Positions 20,128 through 30,603 of a DNA stretch of 64,000 nt are shown here, one piece after another (within the stretch, counting starts at the first letter, position 1; each line of letters starts with the position of its first letter). The notes beneath the pieces are model-generated. The model ran no database searches, was not told the DNA's origin, and was given only the letters and a program-made list of their open reading frames with translations. The DNA comes from an uncultured Actinomycetes bacterium (GTDB taxonomy: Bacteria > Actinomycetota > Thermoleophilia > UBA2241), in contig CAVPVX010000010.1 in NCBI GenBank assembly GCA_963709345.1, positions 1 to 64,000 on the forward strand, written 5' to 3'. Position numbers and translations under genes: made by a program.

Positions 20128-22167
20128 ATGGAGACCCACCAGACGCTGTGCCGGATGTGTGACGATCGCTGTGGCATCGTGGTGAGCGTGGAGGATGGCC
20201 GTGTCGTCAGCATCGCCGGCGACCGCGACCATGCGTACAACCACGGCCGCCTCTGCATCAAGGCGAAGGCGGCGGTGGAGATGGTCAACCACCCCGACCG
20301 GCTGACGACGCCGCTCAGGCGAGAAGGCAGCGGCTGGGTCGAGGTCGGCCTCGAGGAGGCGCTCGACGACATCGCCGCGCGCATTGCCGCCATCCGTCAT
20401 CGGCACGGCCCCCAGAGCCTCGGTGTATGGAAGGGTGAGGCCGTCGGCTTCGCCCAGCAGGAAGGGCTTGCGCGGCGGTTCGCCCATGCCGTCGGCACCC
20501 CCAACTACCTGTCCAACGATTCCATGTGCTTCGTTGCCCGCCATCTGGGCTACCGCCTCACGATGGGCGGATGGCCGGTACCCGATTTCGAGAATGCCAA
20601 GTGCATCGTCGTGTGGGGATCCAACCCTCCCGCCTCGTTGCCGAACGTCTCGCACGCCATCGGCGCGGCACGTCGTCGCGGCGCGGCGCTGATCGTCGTG
20701 GACCCTCGCCGGTCCACGATCGCACGACGCGCCACGCTTCACGCGCAGGTGCGCCCGGGCACCGACGGCGCTCTGGTGTGGGCTCTGGTGCGCGAGCTCC
20801 TGGAGAGGGGCATGCACGATGCCGAGCACGTCTCGCGCCACGGCCTCGGGTTCGACGAGGCCGCAGCCTACGCGGAGCAGTTCACGCCCGAGCGCGCTGA
20901 GGCCGAGACGGGCGTATCCGCCGCGACCGTGCGGGAGATGGCGACCCTCCTCGAGAGTGCCTCGCCGCGCGTAGCCATCTACCCGGGCAACGGTCTCGAC
21001 CACCACGAGAGCGGTGTCGACATCGTGCGCACTCTGGCGATGCTCGACTTCCTGCTGGGGACCATCGGCCGGGACGGCGGCACGCGGCTGGCCGGCCCGT
21101 CGCCGCTCCGCGACCTGACGCTCTACGACGTAGTCCCTCTGCGGCATCTGGGACCGCTCGGCGCGGACCGCTTCCCCGTGCTGTACGAAGGGCGGCAGGA
21201 GTGTCACACGATGACCGCCATGGGCGCGATGCTCGAGGCGAAGCCGTACCCACTCCGAGCGCTGGTGCTGACTGCCGGCAATCCCGCCTTGACCAATCCC
21301 AACTCCGCCCGCGTGCGGGAAGCGCTCTCTTCCCTGGATCTGCTGGTCGTGCGCGACCTGTTCATGAGCGAGACGGCGGCGTTGGCGCACTACGTGCTGC
21401 CGGCCGCCTCCTTCCTGGAGCGCAGCGAACTGCACCTGCACGTGGAGCCGGCCACGCTGACGCTCACCGAGGCGGTCGTCTCGCCACCCGGGGTGCAGAC
21501 CGAATACGAGTTCTGGCGCGATCTCGCGCGGCGAATGGGCGCGGGCTCGTTCTTCCCCTGGGGGGACGAGCGCGCCCTCAACCGCTGGCTGCTCGCGCCC
21601 AGCGGGCTCACGATCGAGGAACTCGAGTCGGATCGGCGCGGGATTCGGTTTCGGCGATCCCCTGTCTCAACGGAGGGCGAGGCCCTCTTCGGCACGCCGT
21701 CAGGCCGGTTCGAGTTCGTCTCAAGCCACCTCGCCGACCTGGGGTACGGCGCTCTGCCCGAGTACCAGCCGCCGGCGTACAGGCGGCTGCCGGATCCGGA
21801 GAGGCCGCTCGTGGCGGTCACGGGAGCCCGTGCGCTTCCCTACGCAGCGAGTCGGTACCGCAATCTCTCATCTCTACGGCGGGCCGGAGGCGGACCGGAG
21901 ATCCAGGTCCACCCCGACGACGCGGAGAAGACCGGGGTGCGCAGCGGCGACCTCGTCCGGCTCACGTCTCGCATCGGGTGCGTCGAGGCGCCGGCCCGGG
22001 TGGTCGCCGACGGCGACATCCCGCCCGGCGTCGTCCTGATGACGCACGGGTGGCGTGACGCCAACGTCAACAGCATCACCCCGGACGACCGCCTCGATCC
22101 GATCAGCGGGTTCCCCGCCGTCAAGGAGGTCGAGGTCCGCCTCGAGAAGGCTGGGGGTGAAGCGTGA
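20128..22167 (+). CDS. Molybdopterin (DMSO reductase superfamily) enzyme with acetylene-hydratase-like Fe-S motif
   Basis: CRMCDDRC...GRLCIK, HPDRLTTPLRR, DSMCF, TPSGRFEF, DPISGFP; no TAT signal. Confidence 0.9.
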   Translation: METHQTLCRMCDDRCGIVVSVEDGRVVSIAGDRDHAYNHGRLCIKAKAAVEMVNHPDRLTTPLRREGSGWVEVGLEEALDDIAARIAAIRHRHGPQSLGVWKGEAVGFAQQEGLARRFAHAVGTPNYLSNDSMCFVARHLGYRLTMGGWPVPDFENAKCIVVWGSNPPASLPNVSHAIGAARRRGAALIVVDPRRSTIARRATLHAQVRPGTDGALVWALVRELLERGMHDAEHVSRHGLGFDEAAAYAEQFTPERAEAETGVSAATVREMATLLESASPRVAIYPGNGLDHHESGVDIVRTLAMLDFLLGTIGRDGGTRLAGPSPLRDLTLYDVVPLRHLGPLGADRFPVLYEGRQECHTMTAMGAMLEAKPYPLRALVLTAGNPALTNPNSARVREALSSLDLLVVRDLFMSETAALAHYVLPAASFLERSELHLHVEPATLTLTEAVVSPPGVQTEYEFWRDLARRMGAGSFFPWGDERALNRWLLAPSGLTIEELESDRRGIRFRRSPVSTEGEALFGTPSGRFEFVSSHLADLGYGALPEYQPPAYRRLPDPERPLVAVTGARALPYAASRYRNLSSLRRAGGGPEIQVHPDDAEKTGVRSGDLVRLTSRIGCVEAPARVVADGDIPPGVVLMTHGWRDANVNSITPDDRLDPISGFPAVKEVEVRLEKAGGEA

Positions 22168-22244
22168 TCCCGGATGCGGCCGCGTGTTGCCGCGAGAGGA
22201 GTCGAACGCCGCCGGTGGCGAACTGCCGGAGGGCATCCACAACC

Positions 22245-22346
22245 GTCCAGTTTGGAGGACGGCCGCTCGTCGTTACGCCAGATTGTCGTCCCGTTTGCTG
22301 GACCGCAGCCGGGATGCGTTGACATGTCGGGGGTGGTCGGTAGGGT
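22245..22346 (+). promoter_or_regulatory. Two operators (22245-22260 and 22288-22303) plus promoter TTGACA-16-TAGGGT
   Basis: GTCCAG-TTTG-GAGGAC and GTCCCG-TTTG-CTGGAC; 15-bp gap to TTGACA at 22319. Confidence 0.7.
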
Positions 22347-22393
22347 CACGTAACATCTCGCCGCGGATGATCTGAACACGAGAGGGTGAAGCA

Positions 22394-23332
22394 GTGGTCG
22401 AACCGAACGTGACAGACGAACTCTTCGATACGGCGCTCATGGACGAAGAGGCGGTCAAAGGCTTCAGCGACCCAGACCAGCAGCAGCGCCCCAAGACGTG
22501 GCGTCTCTACTGGCGCCGCCTGCTGAAGCGGCCGGCGGCGCTCGTCGGCACGATCGTCTTCTGCTTCTTCCTGTTCCTCGCGGTCTTCGGTCCGTGGATC
22601 GCTCCTTACGACTACCAGGCGCAGGATGCGAAGCTCAGGCTCGCCACGCCGACGCTGAGTCACCCCTTCGGTAGCGACCAGTTCGGCCGCGACATCTTCA
22701 GCCGTGTCATCGTCGGTACGCGCAACATCTTCTTGCTCGGCGGCTTCGGTACAGCCATCGCCGTCGTCATCGGCACGGCGATCGGGCTCGCCTCCGGCTA
22801 CGTGGGAGGCATCATCGACGAAGTGGTGATGCGCTTACTCGACGTTCTTCTGTCGTTCCCGTCGCTGCTGCTCGCTCTCGTCCTGCTCAGCACGGTGGGG
22901 CCGTCCAACATCAACATCGTGTTCATCGTCGCCATCCTATACGTGCCGATGGTGGCCCGTGTCGTGCGCAGCATGGTGCTCGACCTCAAGAACAAGGAGT
23001 TCGTCGAGGCAGCCCGCGTGCGCGGCGAGACGAGGAGCTACGTGCTGTTCCGGGAGATCCTGCCCAACTCACTGCCACCGCTGCTCGTCGAGGCGTCGAT
23101 GCGCTTCTCGTACTCGATCTTCCTCGTCGCCTCGCTCGGCTTTCTCGGCCTCGGTGTGCAGCCACCCTCCCCGGACTGGGGTCTGCAGATCAACGAGGCG
23201 CGCAACTTCTTCGCCATCGCGCCGTGGGTCCTGCTCTTCCCCGCCTGCACCATCGCCGTGCTGGTGATCTCGACCAACCTGATGTCGGACGGGCTGCGCC
23301 AGGTCATGTTGCCCGGCGGCGGGAGGAACTGA
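22394..23332 (+). CDS. Peptide/nickel ABC transporter permease (DppC-like)
   Basis: HPFGSDQFGRDIFSR, EFVEAARVRG, PPSPDWG. Confidence 0.92.
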   Translation: MVEPNVTDELFDTALMDEEAVKGFSDPDQQQRPKTWRLYWRRLLKRPAALVGTIVFCFFLFLAVFGPWIAPYDYQAQDAKLRLATPTLSHPFGSDQFGRDIFSRVIVGTRNIFLLGGFGTAIAVVIGTAIGLASGYVGGIIDEVVMRLLDVLLSFPSLLLALVLLSTVGPSNINIVFIVAILYVPMVARVVRSMVLDLKNKEFVEAARVRGETRSYVLFREILPNSLPPLLVEASMRFSYSIFLVASLGFLGLGVQPPSPDWGLQINEARNFFAIAPWVLLFPACTIAVLVISTNLMSDGLRQVMLPGGGRN

Positions 23333-23333
23333 C

Positions 23334-25428
23334 GTGGACGCCACCGTCGCCTCCGGCACCGCCGCCGCCGTGGCCGCCGATCGTCGACCCGTGTTCGAGA
23401 TCGAGGGACTGAGCATCGACTACCAGACCGAGCTGGGCGTGCTGCACGCAGTGCGCAACGTATCTCTCAGTGTGCACGAGCACGAGAGCTTCGGCCTCGT
23501 CGGCGAGTCCGGGTCGGGCAAGTCCACTCTCGCCATGGGCGCGATCCGCTACCTGGCGCAGAACGGCCGCGTCACCGACGGCAGCGTGCGCCTCAACGGG
23601 GTCGAGCTCCTCGAACTGCCGCAACGAGAGCTTCGAGCCCTCTGGGGCTCGAGCATCGGCGTCGTGTACCAGAGCCCCCTCAGCGCCCTCAACCCGTCGA
23701 TAGTCATCGGTCGACAACTCGCGGAGGTGGCTCGTCAGCACCTCGGCATGAACAAAGCGGAGGCGCTGGGCCGGGTCACCGAGATGCTGACCAAGGTCGC
23801 CATGCCCGACCCCGAGGCGGTCATGCGCCGTTACCCGCATCAGCTCTCGGGCGGGATGCTCCAGCGCTGCGTGATCGCCATGGCGCTGATGACCGACCCC
23901 GCACTGCTCATCATGGATGAGCCGACGACCGCGCTGGACGTGACGACGCAGGCGGTGGTGCTTGACCTCGTGGCCGACCTCAAGCGAGAGTTCGACTCGG
24001 CCATCCTCTACATCACGCACGATCTCGGAGTGATCACCAAGATCTGCGACCGGGTCGGCGTCATGTACGCCGGTGAGTTCATGGAGCAGGCGCTCCTGTA
24101 CGAGTTGTTCAAGCGGCCACTGCACCCCTACACGCTCGACCTGCTCGGTTGCGTGCCACACTTCGATCCGACCCCGCAGAAGCGGTCGCTGGTCACGATC
24201 CCGGGCTCGATCCCGCGCGTCGACCAGTTGCCGCCCGGATGCATCTTCGCGCCGCGCTGCGGGTTCGTCGAGAAGGCGTGTACGGAAACGCGGCCGTCTC
24301 TCGAGCCGGTCGCTGATGCGCATCCCTCCGCCTGTCGCCGCTGGGCGAGCGTGCCGCTGCCGAACGAGTACATCTGTGAGGCGACCGAGGCGGTGCGGGC
24401 CGTTCAGGCCGAGCTGCATCGGTCTCGAGCCGCTCGTGGTGGCCGACGGCGCCCAGGTCCACTTCAAGGCGCCGAAGGGCCTGATCCGCGCCGTCGACGG
24501 GGTGGATCTCGAGGTCTGCGTCGGGCAGACACTGGGTGTCGTCGGCGAGAGCGGCAGCGGCAAGACGACCGTGGCGCGCGCCATCATCGGTCTCACTCCC
24601 GCGACCGGCGGCACCATCACGCTGCGCGGCGAGTCACTGCCGCCGACGACCGGCAAGCGTCCGCGCGCGACGCTGAAAGAGATCCAGATGGTGTTCCAGA
24701 ATCCGGATGCATCGCTCAACCCTACGCGCACGGTGGGTGACGCCATCATGCGCCCGCTGGCCTTGCTCGGCGGCCTCAACCGCCAGCAGGCGAAGGACAG
24801 GGCCAATGATCTCCTGCAGTCCGTGAGCCTGCCCGTGAGCTACTTCGATCGCCTGCCGCACGAGCTCAGCGGCGGCGAGAAGCAGCGTGTGGCCATCGCG
24901 CGCGCCTTCGCCGCCGAACCGGGGCTGATTCTCTGCGACGAGCCGATCAGCTCGCTGGACGTATCGGTCCAGGGCTCGCTGATGAACCTGCTGATGAAGC
25001 TGCAGGTCGAGAAGCAGACGTCATACGTCTTCATCTCGCACGACCTGTCGGCCGTTCAGCATCTCTCCGACGTGATCGCGGTCGTGTACCTGGGTCACGT
25101 CATGGAAGTCGGCGACGCCACGACGGTCCTGACGCCGCCGTTCCATCCGTACACCGAGGCGCTGCTCTCCGCCGTCCCGCTCGCGGATCCGGACGTCAAG
25201 CAGAAGCCGATCCGGCTCGCCGGCTCGGTCCCGAGCGCAATGGACGTGCCGCCGGGCTGCCGCTTCCACCCGCGCTGCCCGCGCCGCGTCGGGGACGTCT
25301 GCCGCGAGCAGGAGCCGCCCTGGCGAGAAGGCGAGGGCGACCACCGCATCTACTGTCACATCCCTCTCGCCGAGCTTGCTCGGCTTCAGGCGGAGACGCT
25401 GATCCTTGATGCCGGGGAGGGCTGCTGA
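23334..25428 (+). CDS. Peptide ABC transporter ATPase, probably fused DppD-DppF with a frameshift near 24415
   Basis: Two Walker A motifs ([16 protein letters not shown]), LSGG, DEP, HPYT and Cys-rich tails; no stop/start between the halves. Confidence 0.85.
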
Positions 25429-26372
25429 TGGGCCGCTTCATCGCCAGGCGCCTCGGATTCATGGTCATGACCGTGATCCTCGCCTCGATCATCATCTTCT
25501 GGGCGACGGCCGTCCTCCCGGGCGACGTCGCCAGCCAGATCCTCGGACGCTTCGCCACGCAGCAGGCCAAGGACAACCTGCGCACCGAGCTCGGTCTCGA
25601 CCGGCCCCTCGTGGTGCAGTACGGCAGCTGGCTCGGCGACTACGTGCAGGGTGATTGGGGCGACTCCCCCAGTATGAACACCCCCGTCCGCCCGGTCGTC
25701 ATCGAGCGCCTGCAGAACTCGCTGATGCTCGCCCTGGTTGCGTTCGCCATGTACGTACCGTTGGGCATCTTCCTCGGCCTTCTGGCCGCGTTACGCAAGA
25801 ACACCTGGGTGGACCAGACCATCTCTGTCGGATCGCTGGCGTTCATCGGCCTGCCCGAGTTCGTGAGCGGTCTCATCCTCATCGCCATCTTCGCCATCGA
25901 GCTCCAGTGGCTGCCGTCGCAGTCTTCGATCGCTCCCGACACGGGCTTTGTGGAGGCGATCCCGTACCTCATCCTGCCGGCGATCACGGTCGCTCTCACC
26001 AGCCTTGCCTACGTGGTGCGGATGACGCGCTCGAGCACGGTCGACGTGCTGCAGATGGACTACGTGCGCACGGCGAACCTCAAAGGCCTTTCGCCACGTC
26101 GGGTGCTGTTCACACACGTGCTGCGCAACTCGCTGCTACCGACGATCACCGTGGTCGCTATCGGCATCGGCTGGCTGATCGGCGGCCTCATCGTCACCGA
26201 GGCCGTGTACGGCTACCCGGGCATCGGCCGCCTGCTGTTGTTTGCCATCCAGCGCCGCGACCTGCAGTTGATCCAGGCGACGGCGCTGCTGATCGTGCTC
26301 ATCTACGTCGTCGCCAACCTGGTGGCCGACATCCTGTACGCGGTGCTGAACCCCAGGATCAGGTACCAGTAG
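25428..26372 (+). CDS. Peptide ABC transporter permease (DppB-like)
   Basis: LGLDRPLVVQY, DYVRTANLKGL, PGIGRLL, LNPRIRY. Confidence 0.92.
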   Translation: MGRFIARRLGFMVMTVILASIIIFWATAVLPGDVASQILGRFATQQAKDNLRTELGLDRPLVVQYGSWLGDYVQGDWGDSPSMNTPVRPVVIERLQNSLMLALVAFAMYVPLGIFLGLLAALRKNTWVDQTISVGSLAFIGLPEFVSGLILIAIFAIELQWLPSQSSIAPDTGFVEAIPYLILPAITVALTSLAYVVRMTRSSTVDVLQMDYVRTANLKGLSPRRVLFTHVLRNSLLPTITVVAIGIGWLIGGLIVTEAVYGYPGIGRLLLFAIQRRDLQLIQATALLIVLIYVVANLVADILYAVLNPRIRYQ

Positions 26373-26384
26373 AGGCGGAGCGAG

Positions 26385-26414
26385 GGGGCCGGGGTGCCGC
26401 TACACCCCGGCCCC
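26385..26414 (+). terminator. GC-rich hairpin after dppB
   Basis: 12-bp stem GGGGCCGGGGTG/CACCCCGGCCCC; no U tract, so possibly an mRNA stability hairpin. Confidence 0.45.
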
Positions 26415-26441
26415 GGCCTTGGGCACCGAGAGGAACCGCAC

Positions 26442-27548
26442 ATGGACGCCCCTCTTCGTCTGACCGTATGCGGCGCCGGCGGCGCCGGTCTCGCCATCGC
26501 CGCCGACAGCGCGCCTCAAAGGTATCGACGTCACGCTGTTCGAGTTGCCCGCCCTGGCGGACAAGCTCGAGGCGGCACGGACGCGGGGCGGCATCGAGGT
26601 CACGGCCGACTCCGAGACCACCGCGGGGGCGACGGGGTTCGCGCGTCTGGCCGCAGTGACGAGCGACGCCGCCGAGGCGGTCGCCGGGGCCGACGTCATC
26701 ATGGTCACCGTGCCGGCCATGTACCACGACGCCTTCATGGACGCCCTGGCGCCGCATCTGAGCGCCGGCCAGATCGTGCTGTTCAACACCGGCTACTGGG
26801 GCTCGCTGCGGCAGACGCGTGCGCCTGGCGGGCAGGCTGCCGGACGTCACGCTGGCCGAGTCGAACATCATGCCGTACATCTGCCAGCCGAGGGGCGACG
26901 CCATCCACATCGGCCGCTACAAGCGGCACTTCTCGGTCGCCGCCTTCCCCGGCGAGCGGAGCGCCGCGGTGTACGAGGTCGTCCGGATCTACGAGCAGTA
27001 CGACCCGGCCGGGACGGTGATCGACACCAACATCGCCGCCGCCGGCAACCCGCCGATCCACGCCACGCTCACCATCCCCATCGCCGGCTACTACTTCGAC
27101 CGCTACATGGGCGGCAAGTTCTACCAGGACGCGACCGTCCCCGGCGCCCGGCTCGTCGACGCCTTCGACGCCGAGCGCGAGCGTCTGGCCACGCACCTCG
27201 GCTCGGAGCTCTTCGAGGGCGAGTTCGACTTCGACAAGCGCTCGTACCTGCTACAGCGGCCGCGACATCAGCGAGGCGCTGCGCTCGTCGCCGCACGCCG
27301 ACTGGCACGCGACGGCCGCCTACCTCGAGCAGGTCTGCAGCGAGGACATCATCTACGCGTTCGTCCCGATGGTGCGTCTCGGCGAGGCGCTGGGTATCGA
27401 CCTGCCCGTCACTCGCGCTATGGTCGACATCATGGGAGTCATGCTGCAGAGAGACTACTGGGCCGAGGGCATCGACCTGGCCTCGCTGGGACTGGACGGC
27501 CTCGACCTCGAGGGCATGAAGCGGTTCGTGATGAAGGGCGAGCGCTGA
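26442..27548 (+). CDS. NAD/NADP opine (octopine/nopaline) dehydrogenase family, frameshifted
   Basis: Rossmann CGAGGAGLAIAA, VIMVTVPA, NTGYWGS, NPPIH, FY, D.ER, EDI, LGEALG; pieces in three frames. Confidence 0.75.
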
Positions 27549-27552
27549 CGGC

Positions 27553-28977
27553 ATGACGACTGTGGAGCTCAACGGGGCCGACCTGACGCTCGCCGATCTG
27601 GAGAGGGTCGCTCGCACCGGCGCGGAGGTCGCGCTCGCGCCGCAGGCGCTCGAGCGCATGGCGCGCTCCCGCGCGCTGGTGGAGCACGCGGCCGAGGCAG
27701 GTACGCCGACCTACGGCCTTACCACAGGCCTCGGCGTGCAGAAGCGGGTCCGGCAGGAGCGCGACGACGCCGGTTTCGGCCGGCGACAGATCGTCGAGAG
27801 CCGCGCCGGCGTCGGCCCGGAGGCCCCTTCGGACGTGGTGCGGGCGGCGATGGTCGTCCTGCTCAATCAGATGGCGGGGGGCTCCACCTGCATGCGGCCG
27901 ACGCTCGCCGAACGTCTGACGCAGGCGCTGAACGACGGCCTGCGGCCGTTCGTGCGCCTGCGCGGCTCGCTGGGCGCCTCCGACCTGGCGGCGATGGCCG
28001 ACATCGCTCACGGCGTGTTCGGCGGCACTGAGCTCGCCGCCGGCGAGGGTCTCGCGCTCATCAACTCGAGCGCCTTCGGCACAGGGCTGGCGGCCCTGGC
28101 GCTGGCCGACGCCGCGCGGCTCGTCGATGTCGCCGACGCGGCCGGCGCACTCTGCCTCGAGGGCTTCGCCGCGAACCTGGCGGTGCTGCATCCGGCAATC
28201 GAGCGCTTCCGGCCCGACCCGGTGCTGGCCCGGACACTGTCGCGGCTGCGTGAGTTGCTCACGGGGAGCTACCTCTGGGAAGAGGACGTCGCCCGCAATC
28301 TTCAGGACCCCCTCACCTACCGCAGCACGGCGCCCATCCAGGCCACGGCCCGCCGTGCTCTCGAGCATGCGCTGGAACTGCTGGCGCTCGAACTGAACGC
28401 CGCGCAGACCAACCCCCTCGTCTCGGTCGAGGACGGCCGCATCCTCTCGTCCTCCATCTACGAGGTCGTGGGGCTGGCGGCGGCGCTGGACTACGTGCGC
28501 GTGGCGCTGGCGACCATGGTGTCGGCCGCGTCCGAACGCGGCGTGAAGCTGCTCGATACCGCGTGGTCGGGGCTGCCGACCGGACTGCTGCCGGAGGGCG
28601 GCCCGGACCTGGGTCTCAGCATCCTGGCCATCACGGCGCAATCGCTCGCGGCCGAGGCTGCCGGGCTGGCGCAGCCGGTCTCCTACTTGGTGACGAGCAC
28701 GTGCGGCGCGGAGGGCATCGAAGACCGCGCCTCGCACCTGCCGCTCTCGGCGCGGCGTCTCGGCGAGCTCGTCGACGCCGGCGCCGGCGTGGTGGCCGTG
28801 GAACTGGTGGTGGCGGCGCAGGCCGTCGACGTCCGGGGTGCGGCTCCGCTCGGCCGCGGGACGGCGGCCGCGTACCACCGCGTGCGCGAGATCGTCCCCG
28901 TGCTGCGCGCCGGCGACGCGCCGCCGGTGGATGTGGAGCCTGTCCGGCGGCTGATCCTCAGCGGCGCCTTCGACTGA
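27553..28977 (+). CDS. HAL-fold lyase lacking the MIO tripeptide (ergothionase / trimethylammonia-lyase-like)
   Basis: YGLTTGLGVQK, GSLGASDL instead of GASGDL, EGLALINS, LQDPLTYR, AEGIED. Confidence 0.8.
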   Translation: MTTVELNGADLTLADLERVARTGAEVALAPQALERMARSRALVEHAAEAGTPTYGLTTGLGVQKRVRQERDDAGFGRRQIVESRAGVGPEAPSDVVRAAMVVLLNQMAGGSTCMRPTLAERLTQALNDGLRPFVRLRGSLGASDLAAMADIAHGVFGGTELAAGEGLALINSSAFGTGLAALALADAARLVDVADAAGALCLEGFAANLAVLHPAIERFRPDPVLARTLSRLRELLTGSYLWEEDVARNLQDPLTYRSTAPIQATARRALEHALELLALELNAAQTNPLVSVEDGRILSSSIYEVVGLAAALDYVRVALATMVSAASERGVKLLDTAWSGLPTGLLPEGGPDLGLSILAITAQSLAAEAAGLAQPVSYLVTSTCGAEGIEDRASHLPLSARRLGELVDAGAGVVAVELVVAAQAVDVRGAAPLGRGTAAAYHRVREIVPVLRAGDAPPVDVEPVRRLILSGAFD

Positions 28978-29021
28978 GCGGCGCGCGCTCGTCCTCGAGG
29001 TCGACCGACTCGGTCGCCGGG

Positions 29022-30436
29022 TCAGGCCTCGTACGCGACGCGCGCCTTCTCCACCATCGCGTCCAGTTCGCTCAGCGCATCCGGCGCCGGGGCGTAGGCG
29101 CGCTCGCTCTCGCGCAGTTCCGCCGTCTTCACGGCCGCTCGATCGAGCAGTGACGTGCTGCCCGCGGCCGCCCAGGCGTCGTACTGGTCCTGCGAGATGA
29201 GCTCCGGGGTCAGGTAGTCGCGGTAGTGCTTGCGCGTGTACTTGCGGGAGAGGTGGGTGCCGCCGGGCCCGACCTCGGCGATCTCCGCCGCGGCCAGGGC
29301 CGTCTCGTCGACGGTGACGCCCTCGAGGTACGCCTTGACCCAGCGCGACGACCTCGCTCATCGCCACCACGGACTCGTAGGAGGAGGCCGTGCCGGAGGC
29401 GACGTAGCCGATGTCGTGCAGCAGCGTGACGCCGGAAAGGGCGGCGGTGAGCATCGTCATGCCGGCCTCGAGCGCCCACTGCTCGTCGAGCATGAGCGAG
29501 TCGGCGCAGCCGCCGTAGCCGAAGGTGGGCAGGCCGTAGTGGCGGGCGAGGTCGGCGGAGGCCTGCTGGTTGGCCATGGACTCGGGCGCGCAGTAGAGCA
29601 CGTGCGCGGTGCGCGCGTTCATGGCGCCCTGTGTGACGCCGTAGACGAAGGGCGCGCCGGGCTTGGCGAGCTGCGCGATGACGAGGCCGCTGAGCATCTC
29701 GGCGTTGGTGAGCAGCAGGCAGCCGGCGCGAGAGGCGGGCGCCGTCGCGCCTTGCAGGAGCGCCGTGGCGTACACCATCGGGACGTCGAGCTCGGCGCAG
29801 AGCATCAGCCGCTCCGCCGAGTGCCGGCCGTGGACGAGCGGCGGGGTGGGCATCGCATACACGGCCCAGCTGTCGGCCGCGCCGCACGCCGCCGCCATCT
29901 CCTTGAAGAGGGGGAGGTCGGCGGCCGCCTCGGGGACCATGATCAGAGGCTTCGAGGTGCCGCGCAGCATGGCGGCGAACTGGGCGATCGGGGCGAAGCC
30001 GGCGTCGAGCTCATGCGGGTGCGCCATCGACATGACGAAGTCGATGGCGGGCAGCTTCTCCTGCAGCGCCGCCATCTCCTCGACGTCGGCCAGCGTCACC
30101 GGGCGGCGCTCCCGGGCGCCCGGCCCGAGCAGATACAGGCAGTCAGAGCCGGTGCCGTAGTACACAGGACCAGACTCCATGACCAGGCCGGCGCCGCCCG
30201 AGCGGGACGTGAGCGGGATGCTCCGGGGCGCCGCGGCCAGCGCGTCGTCGACGAGCGCTGCGGGGATCCTGACGCGCGTGCCCTCGACGCGGGCGCCCGC
30301 CTTCGCGAGCAGCGCCAGCGCTCCGTCGTGCTGCACCTCGACGCCGGTGTGCTCGAGGATGATCGAGTGTCGCGGTGTGCAGAGCGGCGCACCCTTCGTC
30401 GTCAAGGGCGGCGGCGCGCAGCCGGTAGTCAGTCAT
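29022..30436 (-). CDS. MttB-superfamily methyltransferase #6, frameshifts near 30365 and 29345
   Basis: YYGTGSD, LPAIDFVMS, TSKP, TNAEMLSGLVIAQL, PGAPFVYG, LLHDIGYV; start MTDYRLR with GGAGGG RBS. Confidence 0.85.
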
Positions 30437-30510
30437 TGAGTCCCTCCCGGGCGTCGGATCGGCGGCACAAGTGTACCCGACCGGACGCTGACGACCGGGA
30501 GCCGAATCCG

Positions 30511-30571
30511 TGCCGCCTCCTCGGACTGGCGCGTCGGGAGCTTGCGCGCCCTCGCGCCTCCTGCGTATCGT
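30511..30571 (+). promoter_or_regulatory. Degenerate operator (...TCGGAC) plus promoter TTGCGC-18-TATCGT for iorAB-paaK
   Basis: Right half-site ends at 30526, 15-bp gap, -35 at 30542, -10 at 30566. Confidence 0.55.
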
Positions 30572-30603
30572 GGGCCGGACCGGCCCGTCGGCAAGGGAGC
30601 TGC

